A stretch of 64,000 nucleotides of DNA from Candidatus Latescibacterota bacterium (GCA_965243025.1 CBDETY010000003.1:1472001-1536000); one strand, 5' to 3'. Shown: positions 26,998-37,284, counted from the first letter of the stretch. The notes: generated from the sequence alone by a model not told the origin. Numbers and translations: made by a program.

Positions 26998-28272
26998 GTG
27001 TCCGCACGGCCCAAAGCCGGCAGTATCCTCGAATCCCTGACAGGTCCCGCCAGCCGGGACGGGTACTACGGAGAGTTCGGGGGCGCCTTCGTCCCGGAGA
27101 TTCTGCGCACCACCCTCGACGAGCTCTCCGAAGCCTTCTACGAGGCCGCGGAGGACCCTTCCTTCTGGGAGGAGTTCCACCGGGTGATGAGCACCTACTC
27201 CTGCCGGCCGACCCCGATAACCTTTCTCGAGAACCTCTCGGCGGAACTCGACGGCCCCTCTATCTACCTCAAGCGGGAAGACCTCAACCAGACCGGCGCT
27301 CACAAGATCAACAACGTCATGGGGCAGGGACTCCTCGTCCGCCGCATGGGCAAGAAGCGGGTGATCGCCGAGACAGGGGCTGGCCAGCACGGGGTCGCCA
27401 CCGCCACCATGGCGGCGCGCTTCGGTTTGCGGTGCACCATCTACATGGGAGCCGAGGATGTCGAGCGCCAGCGCCCGAATGTTTTCTGGATGGAGCAGCT
27501 CGGCGCCGAGGTCATCTCCGTCGAGGACGGCACCGCCACCCTCAAGGACGCGATCAACGAGTGCTTCCGCGACTGGGCCTTCTCGATGGGGGACACCCAC
27601 TACGTGCTCGGCACGGCGTGCGGACCTCACCCGTTTCCGGCGATGGTCGCCCGCTTCGTGCACGTGATCGGGCGCGAGTCGCGGGAACAGATGCTGGAGA
27701 AGTGCGGCCGCCTGCCAGACCGCGTGTACGCCTGCGTCGGCGGGGGCTCCAACGCCACCGGCATGTTCCTCGGCTTCGTCGACGATCCGGAGGTCGAGCT
27801 GGTCGGCGTCGAGGCGGGGGGGCTCGGCCTCGATTCCGGGCACCACGCCTCGCGCCTCGCCGGAAAGGACGGATCGGCGGGAGTGGCGCAGGGGTACAAG
27901 ACCTATTTCCTGCAGAACGAAGAGGGGCAGATGCTCGACACGCACTCGGTATCGGCCGGCCTCGACTACATCGGGGTCAGTCCCATCCTCGCCCACCTGC
28001 ACCGGTCCGGACGCGTGCGTTTCGAGGCGGCGACCGACGAGGAGGTGATAGCCGGCCTGCGCAGGCTGATGCGCCGCGAGGGGATAGTCGGCGCCCTCGA
28101 GAGCATGCACGCCGTCGCCGGAGCCCTGCGCGAGGCCGCCCGACTCAGCGGGGACCAGGTTCTCCTGGTCAACCTCTCCGGCCGCGGCGACAAGGACATC
28201 TTCACGATCGGCGACGCCCTCGAGGACCAGAACTGGAAGACATTCCTCAGGAACAAGGCGTCGAGGCTGTAA
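26998..28272 (+). CDS. trpB: Tryptophan synthase beta chain
   Basis: LKREDLNQTGAHKINN, AETGAGQHG, CVGGGSNA, SAGLDY.G, LESMHA, NLSGRGDKD. Confidence 0.97.
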   Translation: MSARPKAGSILESLTGPASRDGYYGEFGGAFVPEILRTTLDELSEAFYEAAEDPSFWEEFHRVMSTYSCRPTPITFLENLSAELDGPSIYLKREDLNQTGAHKINNVMGQGLLVRRMGKKRVIAETGAGQHGVATATMAARFGLRCTIYMGAEDVERQRPNVFWMEQLGAEVISVEDGTATLKDAINECFRDWAFSMGDTHYVLGTACGPHPFPAMVARFVHVIGRESREQMLEKCGRLPDRVYACVGGGSNATGMFLGFVDDPEVELVGVEAGGLGLDSGHHASRLAGKDGSAGVAQGYKTYFLQNEEGQMLDTHSVSAGLDYIGVSPILAHLHRSGRVRFEAATDEEVIAGLRRLMRREGIVGALESMHAVAGALREAARLSGDQVLLVNLSGRGDKDIFTIGDALEDQNWKTFLRNKASRL

Positions 28273-28376
28273 ATCTTGGTCCCGCTGACGGCGTTGCGCT
28301 CCCTCCGGGTTTCACCGAACCGCCGCGGCAAGGCGCCGTTCCAGTCGGGCGCCACGTCCGCCCCATGGTAACTCAT

Positions 28377-29174
28377 ATGCGCCAGGCAAACCTGGAGAAC
28401 CGCCTGCGCGCCGGGCTGGGCCGCGACGACCGGGCAATCCTGTTGACGACCCACCTCGTCGTCGGCTTCCCGTCGCTCGAGGCGAACTGGCGCATGCTCG
28501 AAATCATGCAGGAGGTGGAGGTCGACCTCGTCGAGCTGCAGATGCCGTTCAGCGAACCGGTCGCCGACGGTCCTACCTTCGTGCGCGCCAACCAGCTCGC
28601 CCTCGAGGCCGGGCTCTCGGTCGACGAGTACTTCGATTTCATGTCCCGGGCGACCGCGAGCTTTTCCTTTCCCCACCTGATGATGGGGTACTACAACACC
28701 GCGTACAAGCTGGGGCACGAGGTCTTCTGCGAGCGGCTGCGGGCCGCCGATGCGGCCGGTTTCATCCTCCCCGACCTCCCCTTCGAGGAGTACGGGGACC
28801 TGTTCGACCTCAGCCGCGACAACGGTCTCAGCCCCATTCTGCTGATGACCCCCACCAACAGGAAGGAGCGCCTGGCCGCGATCGGCGAGCGCGCCAGCGG
28901 GTTCGTCTACGCCGTGGCGCGCAAGGGGGTGACCGGGAAGAAGACCGAGCTGGAACAGGGGCTGTACCGGTTCGTCGGGCGCTGCCGGGAAGCGACCCGG
29001 CTGCCGCTGGCGGTCGGGTTCGGTCTGCGCCAGCGGCAGGATGTCGAGCTCCTGCACGGCCGCGTCGACATCGCCATCGTGGGGTCCGCTCTGCTCGATG
29101 CCTGGGAAACGGGCGGCGAGCACGCGTACCGCCGCCTGCTGACCGAGCTCGCCGCCGGCAGGGCCCCGGCCTGA
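28377..29174 (+). CDS. trpA: Tryptophan synthase alpha chain
   Basis: VELQMPFSEPVADGP, MGYYN, PDLP, GVTG, VGFG, IVGSA. Start 28365 or 28377. Confidence 0.93.
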   Translation: MRQANLENRLRAGLGRDDRAILLTTHLVVGFPSLEANWRMLEIMQEVEVDLVELQMPFSEPVADGPTFVRANQLALEAGLSVDEYFDFMSRATASFSFPHLMMGYYNTAYKLGHEVFCERLRAADAAGFILPDLPFEEYGDLFDLSRDNGLSPILLMTPTNRKERLAAIGERASGFVYAVARKGVTGKKTELEQGLYRFVGRCREATRLPLAVGFGLRQRQDVELLHGRVDIAIVGSALLDAWETGGEHAYRRLLTELAAGRAPA

Positions 29175-29254
29175 GGGACCCGGCAGGACGCTGGCCAGTC
29201 CTCCGGCAGCAAGCCGGTCGCCAGGGAGACCGCCGCTCCGGCGGTCCCCCGGAA

Positions 29255-29995
29255 TCAATCCATGAAGAGCCCGCCGTTGACGTCGACGGTTTCACCGGTG
29301 ATGTGGCGGGCGTCGTCGGAGGCGAGGAACAGGGCGCACGCGGCGACGTCCTCGGGCTGCCCTTTCTCCCCGAGCGGGATGGTCCTGGCGAGGTCGGCGT
29401 GGTCGGGGGAGAGGCCGCGCGTCATCGGGGTATCGATGACTCCCGGGGCCATGGCGTTGACGCGGATTCCGTGGGGGGCGGCGTAGCGCGCCAGGGTGAT
29501 GGTCAGCGTGAAGATCGCCCCCTTGGCCGCCGCGTAGGGAGCGCTGGCCGCGAGCCCCCCGTTCTTCGCCGCCAGCGAGCTCATGCTGAGGATCACCCCC
29601 CGGCGGCGCGGCACCATTACGTTCAGCGCCGCCTGCGAGCAGAAGAACATCCCTTTCAGGTTGATGTCGATCTGCTTGTCCCACTCCTCCTCGGTGCAGT
29701 CGTGGACCTTGGTGTGCACCAGGTATCCGGCGTTGTTGACGAGGATGTCGAGGCGGCCGAACTCCGCGGCGACGCGGCCGACTCCTTCGCGCACGTCCCG
29801 GGTCGAGGAGACGTCCATCCGGACCGGCAAGCCGGGAACCGGCAGATCGGCGCCGGTCGCCGCCGCTGTGTCCGCGTCGATATCGGCGACCGCAACGCGC
29901 GCCCCTTCTTCGGCGAAGCGCCGGCAGATCGCCTCGCCGATGCCGCGACCGCCTCCGGTCACGAGCGCTGTTCTGCCTTCCAGTTTTCCTGACAT
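29255..29995 (-). CDS. SDR family oxidoreductase (FabG-like)
   Basis: TGGGRGIG, NNAG, YAAAK, ITGE..VNGG. Confidence 0.92.
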   Translation of the reverse strand: MSGKLEGRTALVTGGGRGIGEAICRRFAEEGARVAVADIDADTAAATGADLPVPGLPVRMDVSSTRDVREGVGRVAAEFGRLDILVNNAGYLVHTKVHDCTEEEWDKQIDINLKGMFFCSQAALNVMVPRRRGVILSMSSLAAKNGGLAASAPYAAAKGAIFTLTITLARYAAPHGIRVNAMAPGVIDTPMTRGLSPDHADLARTIPLGEKGQPEDVAACALFLASDDARHITGETVDVNGGLFMD

Positions 29996-30021
29996 CGCTT
30001 GGCTCCTCTGTAGGGCAGGTG

Positions 30022-30050
30022 AGTCTACGGATCGCCTTTTTTCCCAGCAA
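30022..30050 (-). promoter_or_regulatory. Putative sigma70 promoter for the SDR gene
   Basis: Minus strand TTGCTG-N17-TAGACT. Confidence 0.5.
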
Positions 30051-30078
30051 GCGCCCCTTTCAATGAGTACCGCGGCGC

Positions 30079-30170
30079 TGGACCGGGTGAAGGTGTCACA
30101 CAGATGTTACGGGCTCTTCCTACCTTCGTTGAGACCGGCGAACCCGGTCCATACCGAGGAAGAGAGGAGC
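30079..30170 (+). promoter_or_regulatory. Structured 5' leader of mgtE (candidate cis-regulatory RNA)
   Basis: Perfect 10-bp P1 (TGGACCGGGT/ACCCGGTCCA) and 6-bp P2 (GAAGGT/ACCTTC). Loop CTCTTCCT is complementary to AGGAAGAG next to the SD. Confidence 0.45.
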
Positions 30171-30176
30171 AGAGCC

Positions 30177-31586
30177 ATGTCGCGATCAACCTCCCCGGAA
30201 CAGACGCCGCGGAAAGAGAGGCTGGAGCCGGGAAGCCTTCTGGAACAGCGGCAGACCATTCTGGAAACCTGCTCGGAGCTGCTGCGAACCGGAGACGAAG
30301 CGACCCTGCGGCTGGTGCTCAACAGCCACCACGCCGCGGATCTCGCCGACCTGGTACGCCGCCTCAAGGAGGAGGAGGGGACCCGAATCCTCGGTCTGCT
30401 GAGCCCCGGCCTGGCGGCCCGGACCCTGGCCGCGGCGGACACGGCGACGGCCCTCGTCGCAACAGGGGCAATGAACGAGGGGATGCTGACCGCCATCCTG
30501 TCGCAGATGGCTCCCGACGACGCCGCCGACCTGCTGGCGGAGCTGCCCACCGACCTGGGCGGCCGGGTGCTCGGGCAGATGGAAGCGGAGCTTGCCGTCG
30601 AGATCGAAAAGCTGCTGGCCCACGCGGAAGAGTCCGGCGGGGGCATCATGACCTCGCGCCTGGTCGCCGTCCGCGACTCCATCACCGTCTCCGACGCCGT
30701 TCACTACCTGCGCGAATGGGCGGGGGACGAGGAGATCCTGTCGCTGTTCGTCGTCGACGATGACGGCCGCCTGACCGGCACCTTGTCCCTGAGGCGGATG
30801 CTTCTGGCCGAGCCGGAGACCCTCATTTCCGATCTCGTCGAGCCCGATCCGATATCGGTGCTGGTCGATGTCGATCAGGAGGAGATCGCCCGCATCTTCG
30901 CCGAGTACGACCTGCTGGCGGTGCCGGTGGTCGAAGAGGGGGGGGAGCTGGTCGGGCAGGTCACCGTCGACGACATCGTCGACGTGATCCGCGAAGAAGC
31001 GACCGAGGACATCTACGAGATGGCGGCGATGAGCTCCGAGGAGATAGGGGAGCGCTCGACCCTCGCCGTCATGCGGCGCCGGCTCCCCTGGCTGCTGCTC
31101 TGCCTGGCCGGCACCCTGGCGTGCGGGGCGGTAATCGATCGCTTCGAGGACCTGCTGTCCCGCATCGGGGCGCTGATCCTGTTCGTGCCGGCGATCATGG
31201 CGATGGGGGGGAACTCGGGGATTCAGACATCCACCGTCACCGTACGCAGCCTGGCGACCGGCGACTTCCCGCAGCGCAACCTGCTGCTGGTGGTGTGGCG
31301 GGAGCTGCGCACCGCCGTCGGCATGGGGCTGTTCTTCGGGCTGCTGGTGGGAGGGGTTGCCGGAATGTGGTCGGAGGCGGGAATCGTCGCAGCCTGCGTC
31401 GGCACAGCAATGGCAGCGGCGATCACCCTGTCGGCGCTCCTGGGGGCGGTGGTGCCCCTGGTTTTCCGGGGACTCGGAATCGACCCGGCTGTTTCATCCG
31501 GACCGCTCATAACCACCCTCAACGACATCCTGTCGCTGGCTATCTACTTCGCCATAGCCGCAGCGGTTCTGCAGTCGTGGAATTGA
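30177..31586 (+). CDS. mgtE: Magnesium transporter MgtE
   Basis: H.ADLAD, M.PDDAADL, CBS pair (GGIMT, VTVDDIVD), RRLPWL, MGGNSG.Q, DPAVSSGPLITTLND. Confidence 0.96.
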   Translation: MSRSTSPEQTPRKERLEPGSLLEQRQTILETCSELLRTGDEATLRLVLNSHHAADLADLVRRLKEEEGTRILGLLSPGLAARTLAAADTATALVATGAMNEGMLTAILSQMAPDDAADLLAELPTDLGGRVLGQMEAELAVEIEKLLAHAEESGGGIMTSRLVAVRDSITVSDAVHYLREWAGDEEILSLFVVDDDGRLTGTLSLRRMLLAEPETLISDLVEPDPISVLVDVDQEEIARIFAEYDLLAVPVVEEGGELVGQVTVDDIVDVIREEATEDIYEMAAMSSEEIGERSTLAVMRRRLPWLLLCLAGTLACGAVIDRFEDLLSRIGALILFVPAIMAMGGNSGIQTSTVTVRSLATGDFPQRNLLLVVWRELRTAVGMGLFFGLLVGGVAGMWSEAGIVAACVGTAMAAAITLSALLGAVVPLVFRGLGIDPAVSSGPLITTLNDILSLAIYFAIAAAVLQSWN

Positions 31587-31814
31587 TACCGGCTTCGGCC
31601 GCCGAACCTGACACCCACCCGCGGAATACCATCCCTGGCGCTGCCTCCAGAGCTGGGCGCGCAGTGCGAACAATTATCGTGCGCCGACCTGTCTGGTTGG
31701 AGGCCGGGATCCGGATCAGCGCCCCGACCCGGTTTGCGATCCCTTGGAGACGGGATGAATTTCCCCCTGTGCCGCAGCAGCTTTCCAGGTGCGGCATCAC
31801 CACGGGGTAATTTT

Positions 31815-33077
31815 TTGAACAGGGTCGTAAGCATCGTCCTGGGCGGGGGCCGCGGAACCCGCCTGTTTCCCCTCACAAAGTTCCGCTCGAAGCCCGCCGT
31901 GCCGATCGGAGGCAAGTACCGGTTGATCGACATCCCGATCAGCAACTGCCTGCATTCCGGCGTCGACCGCATCTTCGTCCTCACCCAGTTCAACTCCGCC
32001 TCCCTCCACCGCCACATCAGCGCCACCTACCGCTTCGACAGCTTTTCCGACGGATTCGTCGAAATCCTGGCGGCCGAGCAGACCATGGAAAACGCCGGCT
32101 GGTACCAGGGGACCGCGGACGCGGTGCGCCGGCAGATGCACCGCGTACTGTCGCACAAGGCGACCGAGTGCCTGATTCTCTCGGGGGACCACCTCTACCG
32201 CATGGATTACCGCCCCTTCGTCGAGCAGCACAGGCAGCGGCGGTCCGACGTGACCATCGCCGTCAAGCCGGTTCCCCGCTACGCGGCCCCGGAGCTGGGA
32301 ATCCTGAAGGTCGACGGAGACGGGCGCGTCGTCGACTTCGTGGAAAAGCCGCAGTCCGAGGCGGTTCTCGACGAGCTCAGGCTCCCGGACGGCGGCCGCG
32401 AGGGTGAGGAGATGTTCCTCGCCTCGATGGGAGTCTACCTGTTCGAGTGTTCGGTGCTGACCAGCATGCTGGTAGCAAGCGACGAGGACGACTTCGGCAG
32501 GGACATCATACCCGGGGCCATCGACAAGGTCGCGGTTTTCGCCCACAGGTTCGAAGGGTACTGGCAGGACATCGGCAGCATCCGCTCCTTCTACGATGCC
32601 AACATGATGCTGACGGACCGCGAGCCTGCTTTCGAGTTCTACCGGCCGGACGCGCCGGTCTACACACACCAGCGCTACCTGGCCGGCACCCGGGTGGAGA
32701 ACTGCCGCATCGACCGCAGCATCGTCGCCGAGGGCTGCCGCATCAGCGAGGCGGAGATCGAGCGCTCCGTCATCGGGGTCAGAAGCATCATCGCCGAGGA
32801 GTCCCGGCTGTACAACACCGTTCTGATGGGGGCCGACTACTACGAGTCCCCGCGGGACCACGAGCGGCGCCTGTCGCTCGGTCTGCCGGCCGTCGGCATC
32901 GGCGCCGGGACCGTGATACACCGCGCCATCGTCGACAAGAACGCCCGCATCGGGGAAAAGGTGATCATCGCCAACGAGGGCAACGTCGACCACGCCGACG
33001 GGGAGGGGTACTGCATCCGCGACGGCATCGTCGTGGTGCCCAAGGACGCGGTCATTCCCGACGGCACCCGGGTGTAG
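31815..33077 (+). CDS. glgC: Glucose-1-phosphate adenylyltransferase
   Basis: LGGGRGTRLFPLT..RSKPAVP.GGKYRLIDIP.SN, QGTADAV, LSGDHLYRMDY, ASMG.Y. TTG start at 31815. Confidence 0.97.
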   Translation: MNRVVSIVLGGGRGTRLFPLTKFRSKPAVPIGGKYRLIDIPISNCLHSGVDRIFVLTQFNSASLHRHISATYRFDSFSDGFVEILAAEQTMENAGWYQGTADAVRRQMHRVLSHKATECLILSGDHLYRMDYRPFVEQHRQRRSDVTIAVKPVPRYAAPELGILKVDGDGRVVDFVEKPQSEAVLDELRLPDGGREGEEMFLASMGVYLFECSVLTSMLVASDEDDFGRDIIPGAIDKVAVFAHRFEGYWQDIGSIRSFYDANMMLTDREPAFEFYRPDAPVYTHQRYLAGTRVENCRIDRSIVAEGCRISEAEIERSVIGVRSIIAEESRLYNTVLMGADYYESPRDHERRLSLGLPAVGIGAGTVIHRAIVDKNARIGEKVIIANEGNVDHADGEGYCIRDGIVVVPKDAVIPDGTRV

Positions 33078-33147
33078 CAACGGCGCGCGAGTCAGCGGCC
33101 GGATGCATCCGGGATTGCGCGCAAAGGCACCGCCATCCCGCCCCGGA

Positions 33148-34272
33148 TCAGATGTCGCTCACCGAGCCGTCCCCGGGATCCCGCCGCGCCGGGCGCAGCC
33201 GCCATTCCCGCAGCCTGTGCCGCTCCAACCCGTCCGGGTCGATCTCGATCCCGAGTCCGGGCCCCTGCGGCAGCTCGACGTAACCCCGGTTGAAAACGAG
33301 GGGGGTCTTGAACAGGCCTTCCCCGGCGCCGCCCCCGAACTCGTGGATCAGCAGGTTGGGGATCGCCGCGGCGGCCTGAATGGAGGCGGCCACTCCGACG
33401 GCGTCGGCAGCCGAGTGGGGGGCCATGGCGATGTAGTGGACCTCGGCGCAGGCGGCGATCCTCCTCATCTCGAGGATGCCGCCGCAGTGGCGGATGTCCG
33501 GCTGCAGCACCGCGGCGGCCTTCTTTTCACAGATCTCGCGAAAACCCCACCGGGTCGTGTTGCGCTCCCCGGTGGCGATCGGGATGGTCGTCGACCGCGT
33601 TATCTCCAGCAGGGCGTCGACGTTCTCGGGATGGGTGGGCTCCTCGACGAACATCGGGAAGAGCGGCTCGAGCTCGCGCAGCAGGAGCCGGGCCATCGCC
33701 GGGCTCACGGCGCGGTGGAAGTCGACGGCCACGTCGACCTCGCTGCCGACCGCCTCGCGCACCGCGGCGACGCGGCTCACCGCAGCGGCGATCGCAGCCG
33801 GGGTGTCGATGTAACGGACCGGATCGGGGAAGGGAGTCAGCTTGACGGCGGTGAATCCCCGGCCGACCGCGTCCCGGGCGCTGGCCGCGAACTCCTCCGG
33901 GGTTGTTCCGCCTGCGGCGGCGTAGACCCTGATGCGGTCGCGGCAGCTGCCGCCCAGGAGCCTCCATACCGGAACGTCGAGCGATTTCCCCAGAATGTCG
34001 AGACAGGCCATCTCGACGCCGCTGAGGGCGGAGAGCAGGATCGGCATCTGGCGGCTGTAGCTGGAGCGGAACAGCGCCTGCCAGTGGTCCTCCACCTGGC
34101 GCGGGTCCCTGCCGACCAGGTAATCAGCCATATCGGCGACGGCCCGTGAGACCGTGCGGCCGTGCTCGTAGTTCATCGGCGAGCCCAGTCCAACCAGGCC
34201 CTCGTCGGTCCGCATCTGGAGCAGCAGGCCGCGGCGCTCGATCGGAGTTACATCGAGTCCGGTGATCTTCAC
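33148..34272 (-). CDS. Acid-sugar dehydratase, mandelate racemase subgroup (DgoD-like)
   Basis: SGVEMA.LDI.GK, VDFH, FVEEP, ATGER, QPD..HCGG, APH, PGLGIEID. Confidence 0.88.
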   Translation of the reverse strand: MKITGLDVTPIERRGLLLQMRTDEGLVGLGSPMNYEHGRTVSRAVADMADYLVGRDPRQVEDHWQALFRSSYSRQMPILLSALSGVEMACLDILGKSLDVPVWRLLGGSCRDRIRVYAAAGGTTPEEFAASARDAVGRGFTAVKLTPFPDPVRYIDTPAAIAAAVSRVAAVREAVGSEVDVAVDFHRAVSPAMARLLLRELEPLFPMFVEEPTHPENVDALLEITRSTTIPIATGERNTTRWGFREICEKKAAAVLQPDIRHCGGILEMRRIAACAEVHYIAMAPHSAADAVGVAASIQAAAAIPNLLIHEFGGGAGEGLFKTPLVFNRGYVELPQGPGLGIEIDPDGLERHRLREWRLRPARRDPGDGSVSDI

Positions 34273-34333
34273 CAGTCGACCCGGGGTCGCCGAGGCCGGG
34301 ATCCGGGAACCCTGAGGAAAGAGGGGGAAGGGC

Positions 34334-35080
34334 TCAAGGAGCGACCGCCTCCGCGTAGGCCGCCCGCGCCGCCCCTTCGAGCAGCCTGAAGTCGCTGTTG
34401 AGGTCGATGAAAAGGAATCCCTCCGCGGTCCTGCGCCGCGCCTCGTCCCCGCTTTTCACCGGGATCCCGCACGGCTTGCCGGCGCGTTCGCAGCCCTGGC
34501 GGAACGACTGCAGGGCCGCTTCGTGATCGGGGTGGCCGGCCTCGACCCCCATGGACAGGGCGAGATCCCCGGGGCCGAGGAAGCCGATGTCGACCCCCTC
34601 GACCGCGGCGATCGCCTCGCTGTTCCCGATCCCCTCCATGTCCTCGATCTGGGGAATGCAGAGGATGACGTCGTCGCAGCGGTCCCGGTAATCGGGAGAC
34701 ATGGTGACGCAGCGGCCCGTGCCGGAGGAGCGCAGACCGCGCGGCGGGTAGCGCACCGAAGAGGCGAGCCGTTCCGCCTGCTCCGGGGTGCTGACGTGGG
34801 GGAAGACGATGCCCAGGGCCCCGGCATCGAGAAGGCGCCCGGCGGTGGCCGGCTCGTGATCCCATGCCCGCGCCAGCGGCACCGCTCCGCGGGCCTCGAT
34901 GGCCCGGAAGGTCCGGGTGATGGAATCGAGGTCGAAGGGGCCGTGCTCGGCGTCGACGCACAACCACGGGTACCCGGCAGCGGCCATGACTTCGGCGGCC
35001 AGGGGGGAGGCCAGGTTGAGCCAGGATCCGACCGACGGTCTGCCGGCGGCCAGGGCCTCGCGTATGGGGGACTCTTTCAT
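34334..35080 (-). CDS. HpcH/HpaI class II aldolase
   Basis: VDAEHG, LDAGA.G, RYPPRG.R, QIE, FLGPGDL. Confidence 0.92.
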   Translation of the reverse strand: MKESPIREALAAGRPSVGSWLNLASPLAAEVMAAAGYPWLCVDAEHGPFDLDSITRTFRAIEARGAVPLARAWDHEPATAGRLLDAGALGIVFPHVSTPEQAERLASSVRYPPRGLRSSGTGRCVTMSPDYRDRCDDVILCIPQIEDMEGIGNSEAIAAVEGVDIGFLGPGDLALSMGVEAGHPDHEAALQSFRQGCERAGKPCGIPVKSGDEARRRTAEGFLFIDLNSDFRLLEGAARAAYAEAVAP

Positions 35081-35114
35081 CGCGGATCTTCAGCCTTTCT
35101 CTTTCTGGAAGCTT

Positions 35115-35843
35115 TCAGGAGCAGATCGACTTCATTCTGTCCGCCACCCATTCGATGGCGTAGTCGGAGACCACCCGGCCCTTGTGGGGGGTCGCCAGGT
35201 CGCGGGCGGCCCGGTAGTATATCGGGTCCTTTTCGCGGTAGTTGTCGGCCTGGATGTCGAACTTTTCCCGGTCGTAGTCGACGTCCTCCCAGTGCACGTT
35301 TTCGGGGAACGCCGCCATTGCCATCGAGGTCTCGAACTCGGCGGCGTGGGCGGGGCAGTCCCCCGACTCGAGGTGCTCGGCGACGAACTCCTGCGGATAC
35401 GACTCCCAGTAGGAGCAGAACTCGACGTCGATGCCCAGCTTCCGGCGGAACTCCTCCATGTGCTCTCGAAGGGGGCCGTTTCCGGCGTGTCCGTTGACGA
35501 TCAGGATGTGCTCGATGCCGTGGCGCTGCAGGCTCTCGCAGATGTCGAAGGCGACCGCTGCGAAAGTCTCGCGGCGCAGGCTCAAGGTGCCCTTCCACTC
35601 CATCCAGTGCTCGGAAATGCCGACGGGGATCGGCGTCGCCACGACAACCGACGGGTACAGGGCCAGGGCGGCCTGGTGGGCGACGTACGTGGCGCTGGCG
35701 GTGTCGTGCTCCATGGCGAGGTGCTCGTTGTGCTGCTCGGTGCTTCCCGTCGGCAGCAGGGCTCCCTTCAGTTCGCCGGCGGCGAGACGCTCGCGCACCT
35801 GCTTGCGCGTCAGCTTCCAGAGTCTGACTTCACCTGATTTCAC
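35115..35843 (-). CDS. Creatininase/creatinine amidohydrolase family protein
   Basis: LPTGSTEQH.EHL...D, SEH, NGHAGN, HAAEFETS. GTG 35843 preceded by SD AAGGAG. Confidence 0.9.
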   Translation of the reverse strand: MKSGEVRLWKLTRKQVRERLAAGELKGALLPTGSTEQHNEHLAMEHDTASATYVAHQAALALYPSVVVATPIPVGISEHWMEWKGTLSLRRETFAAVAFDICESLQRHGIEHILIVNGHAGNGPLREHMEEFRRKLGIDVEFCSYWESYPQEFVAEHLESGDCPAHAAEFETSMAMAAFPENVHWEDVDYDREKFDIQADNYREKDPIYYRAARDLATPHKGRVVSDYAIEWVADRMKSICS

Positions 35844-36058
35844 AATCGCTCCTTTCCGGGTTCTCATCCACCGCGGCGGAAATCGCCCCCGGCCGCAGAA
35901 TGCTTCTCATGCCGGGCCGGTCCGGTGAAGGGGGACAAGGTGACCGGCAGGGGGGGTTCCGGCAAGCGCTCCACAGCCTGGAAGACCGCCCGGTGCGCAG
36001 ACTTCCCCCCAAAAGGAGTTGCAGGGTCAGCCCGGGGTGAACGGGGAGGCGGGCGGTG

Positions 36059-37201
36059 TCAGGCTTCCGACTCGATCAGCCTGTCGACCTCGGCGGTGAG
36101 GCGGTCGAGAACTTCGTCGTAGGAGAAGCGTCCGATCAGTTCCGGGCCCCGCTTGAGATTCACGAAGGTCGGGGCGCACCAGAGCCCGAGATCGGCGTCG
36201 TCGGTCTCTCCGGGTCCGTTTACGCGGCACCCCATCACGGCAATGGTGATGGAGTGGCTCGCGGCGTAGGCCGTGACCTCCCGGACCTTGAGGGCGAGAT
36301 CGACGAAGGCGTTGTTTTCGACGCGGGAGCAGGAAGGGCAGGAGATGATGTTCAGCCCTTCGGGCCTGTATTCCGGAACGGACCGGAAGCGGCCGTTGGC
36401 GATGTCGTCGAGAATCTGTCTGCCGACGCGGACCTCCTCCCCCTTGTCGTCGAACGGCAGCGTCAGGGAAACGCGGATCGTGTCCCCTATGCCCTGGGAG
36501 ATCAGCTGCTCGAAAGCAACGCGGGTCTTGATGACGCCGTCCGGGGGCATGCCGGCCTCGGTGACGCCGAGGTGAAGGGGCACGTCGGGGCGCTGCGCGG
36601 CGAACCGCTTGTTGGCTTCGATGACCTTGTTGGGGTCGGAATCCTTCAGCGACACGCAGTAGCGGGTGAAGCCGAGGCCGTCGAGCATCTCGCAGTGCTC
36701 GAAGGCGGAGGCGAGCATCGGCGAGATCGAATCCTCCGGATCGAAGCGGGCGACCTGATCCGGGTCGACGGAACCGCAGTTTACCCCCACTCGAATGGCG
36801 CAGTCGTTCGCCGCGGCGGTGTCGGCGAGGAAGGCGACCTTGTCCCGCACCGGCCGCGCGGTTTCGTGGTGATACAGGTGGCCGGGGTTGTAGCGGATTT
36901 TCTGCAGGTGGGGGGCGACGGCGGTCGCCAGGCGGTAGTTTTCCTGCAGGTCGACGGAAAGGGGAGTGTCGGTCTCACCCGCGATGCGGGTCAGGGCCTC
37001 GGCGTCTTTGCGGCTGTCGATGGCGACTCGAATGATGTCGGCGCCGGCCTCCTCGAGCAGACGGACCTGCCTGGCAGTAGCCTCGACATCCTGGGTCCTC
37101 GTCGCCGCCATGCTCTGAACGGCGATCGGATGGCCCTTGCCGATCGTCGTGCTGCCGATCCGCACCGTTCTCGTCGGGTTGCGCTGGGGCGGGTTGGTCA
37201 T
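36059..37201 (-). CDS. ispG: (E)-4-hydroxy-3-methylbut-2-enyl-diphosphate synthase
   Basis: [54 protein letters not shown]. Confidence 0.96.
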   Translation of the reverse strand: MTNPPQRNPTRTVRIGSTTIGKGHPIAVQSMAATRTQDVEATARQVRLLEEAGADIIRVAIDSRKDAEALTRIAGETDTPLSVDLQENYRLATAVAPHLQKIRYNPGHLYHHETARPVRDKVAFLADTAAANDCAIRVGVNCGSVDPDQVARFDPEDSISPMLASAFEHCEMLDGLGFTRYCVSLKDSDPNKVIEANKRFAAQRPDVPLHLGVTEAGMPPDGVIKTRVAFEQLISQGIGDTIRVSLTLPFDDKGEEVRVGRQILDDIANGRFRSVPEYRPEGLNIISCPSCSRVENNAFVDLALKVREVTAYAASHSITIAVMGCRVNGPGETDDADLGLWCAPTFVNLKRGPELIGRFSYDEVLDRLTAEVDRLIESEA

Positions 37202-37254
37202 TTCCGGACATCCGGTCTTGAAATGGAGCGCCGTGACGCGGTCTGTTCCAAGAG

Positions 37255-37284
37255 ATTATATGGAGGTCGTTTGGAGCCTGTCAA
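37255..37284 (-). promoter_or_regulatory. sigma70 promoter for ispG
   Basis: Minus strand TTGACA-N18-TATAAT. Confidence 0.75.

Noticed and set aside
30000-30025. GGCTCCT and AGGTGAG fragments resembling the M-box core
   Set aside because: They are in the wrong order, and GGCTCCT is simply the reverse complement of the SDR gene's SD.
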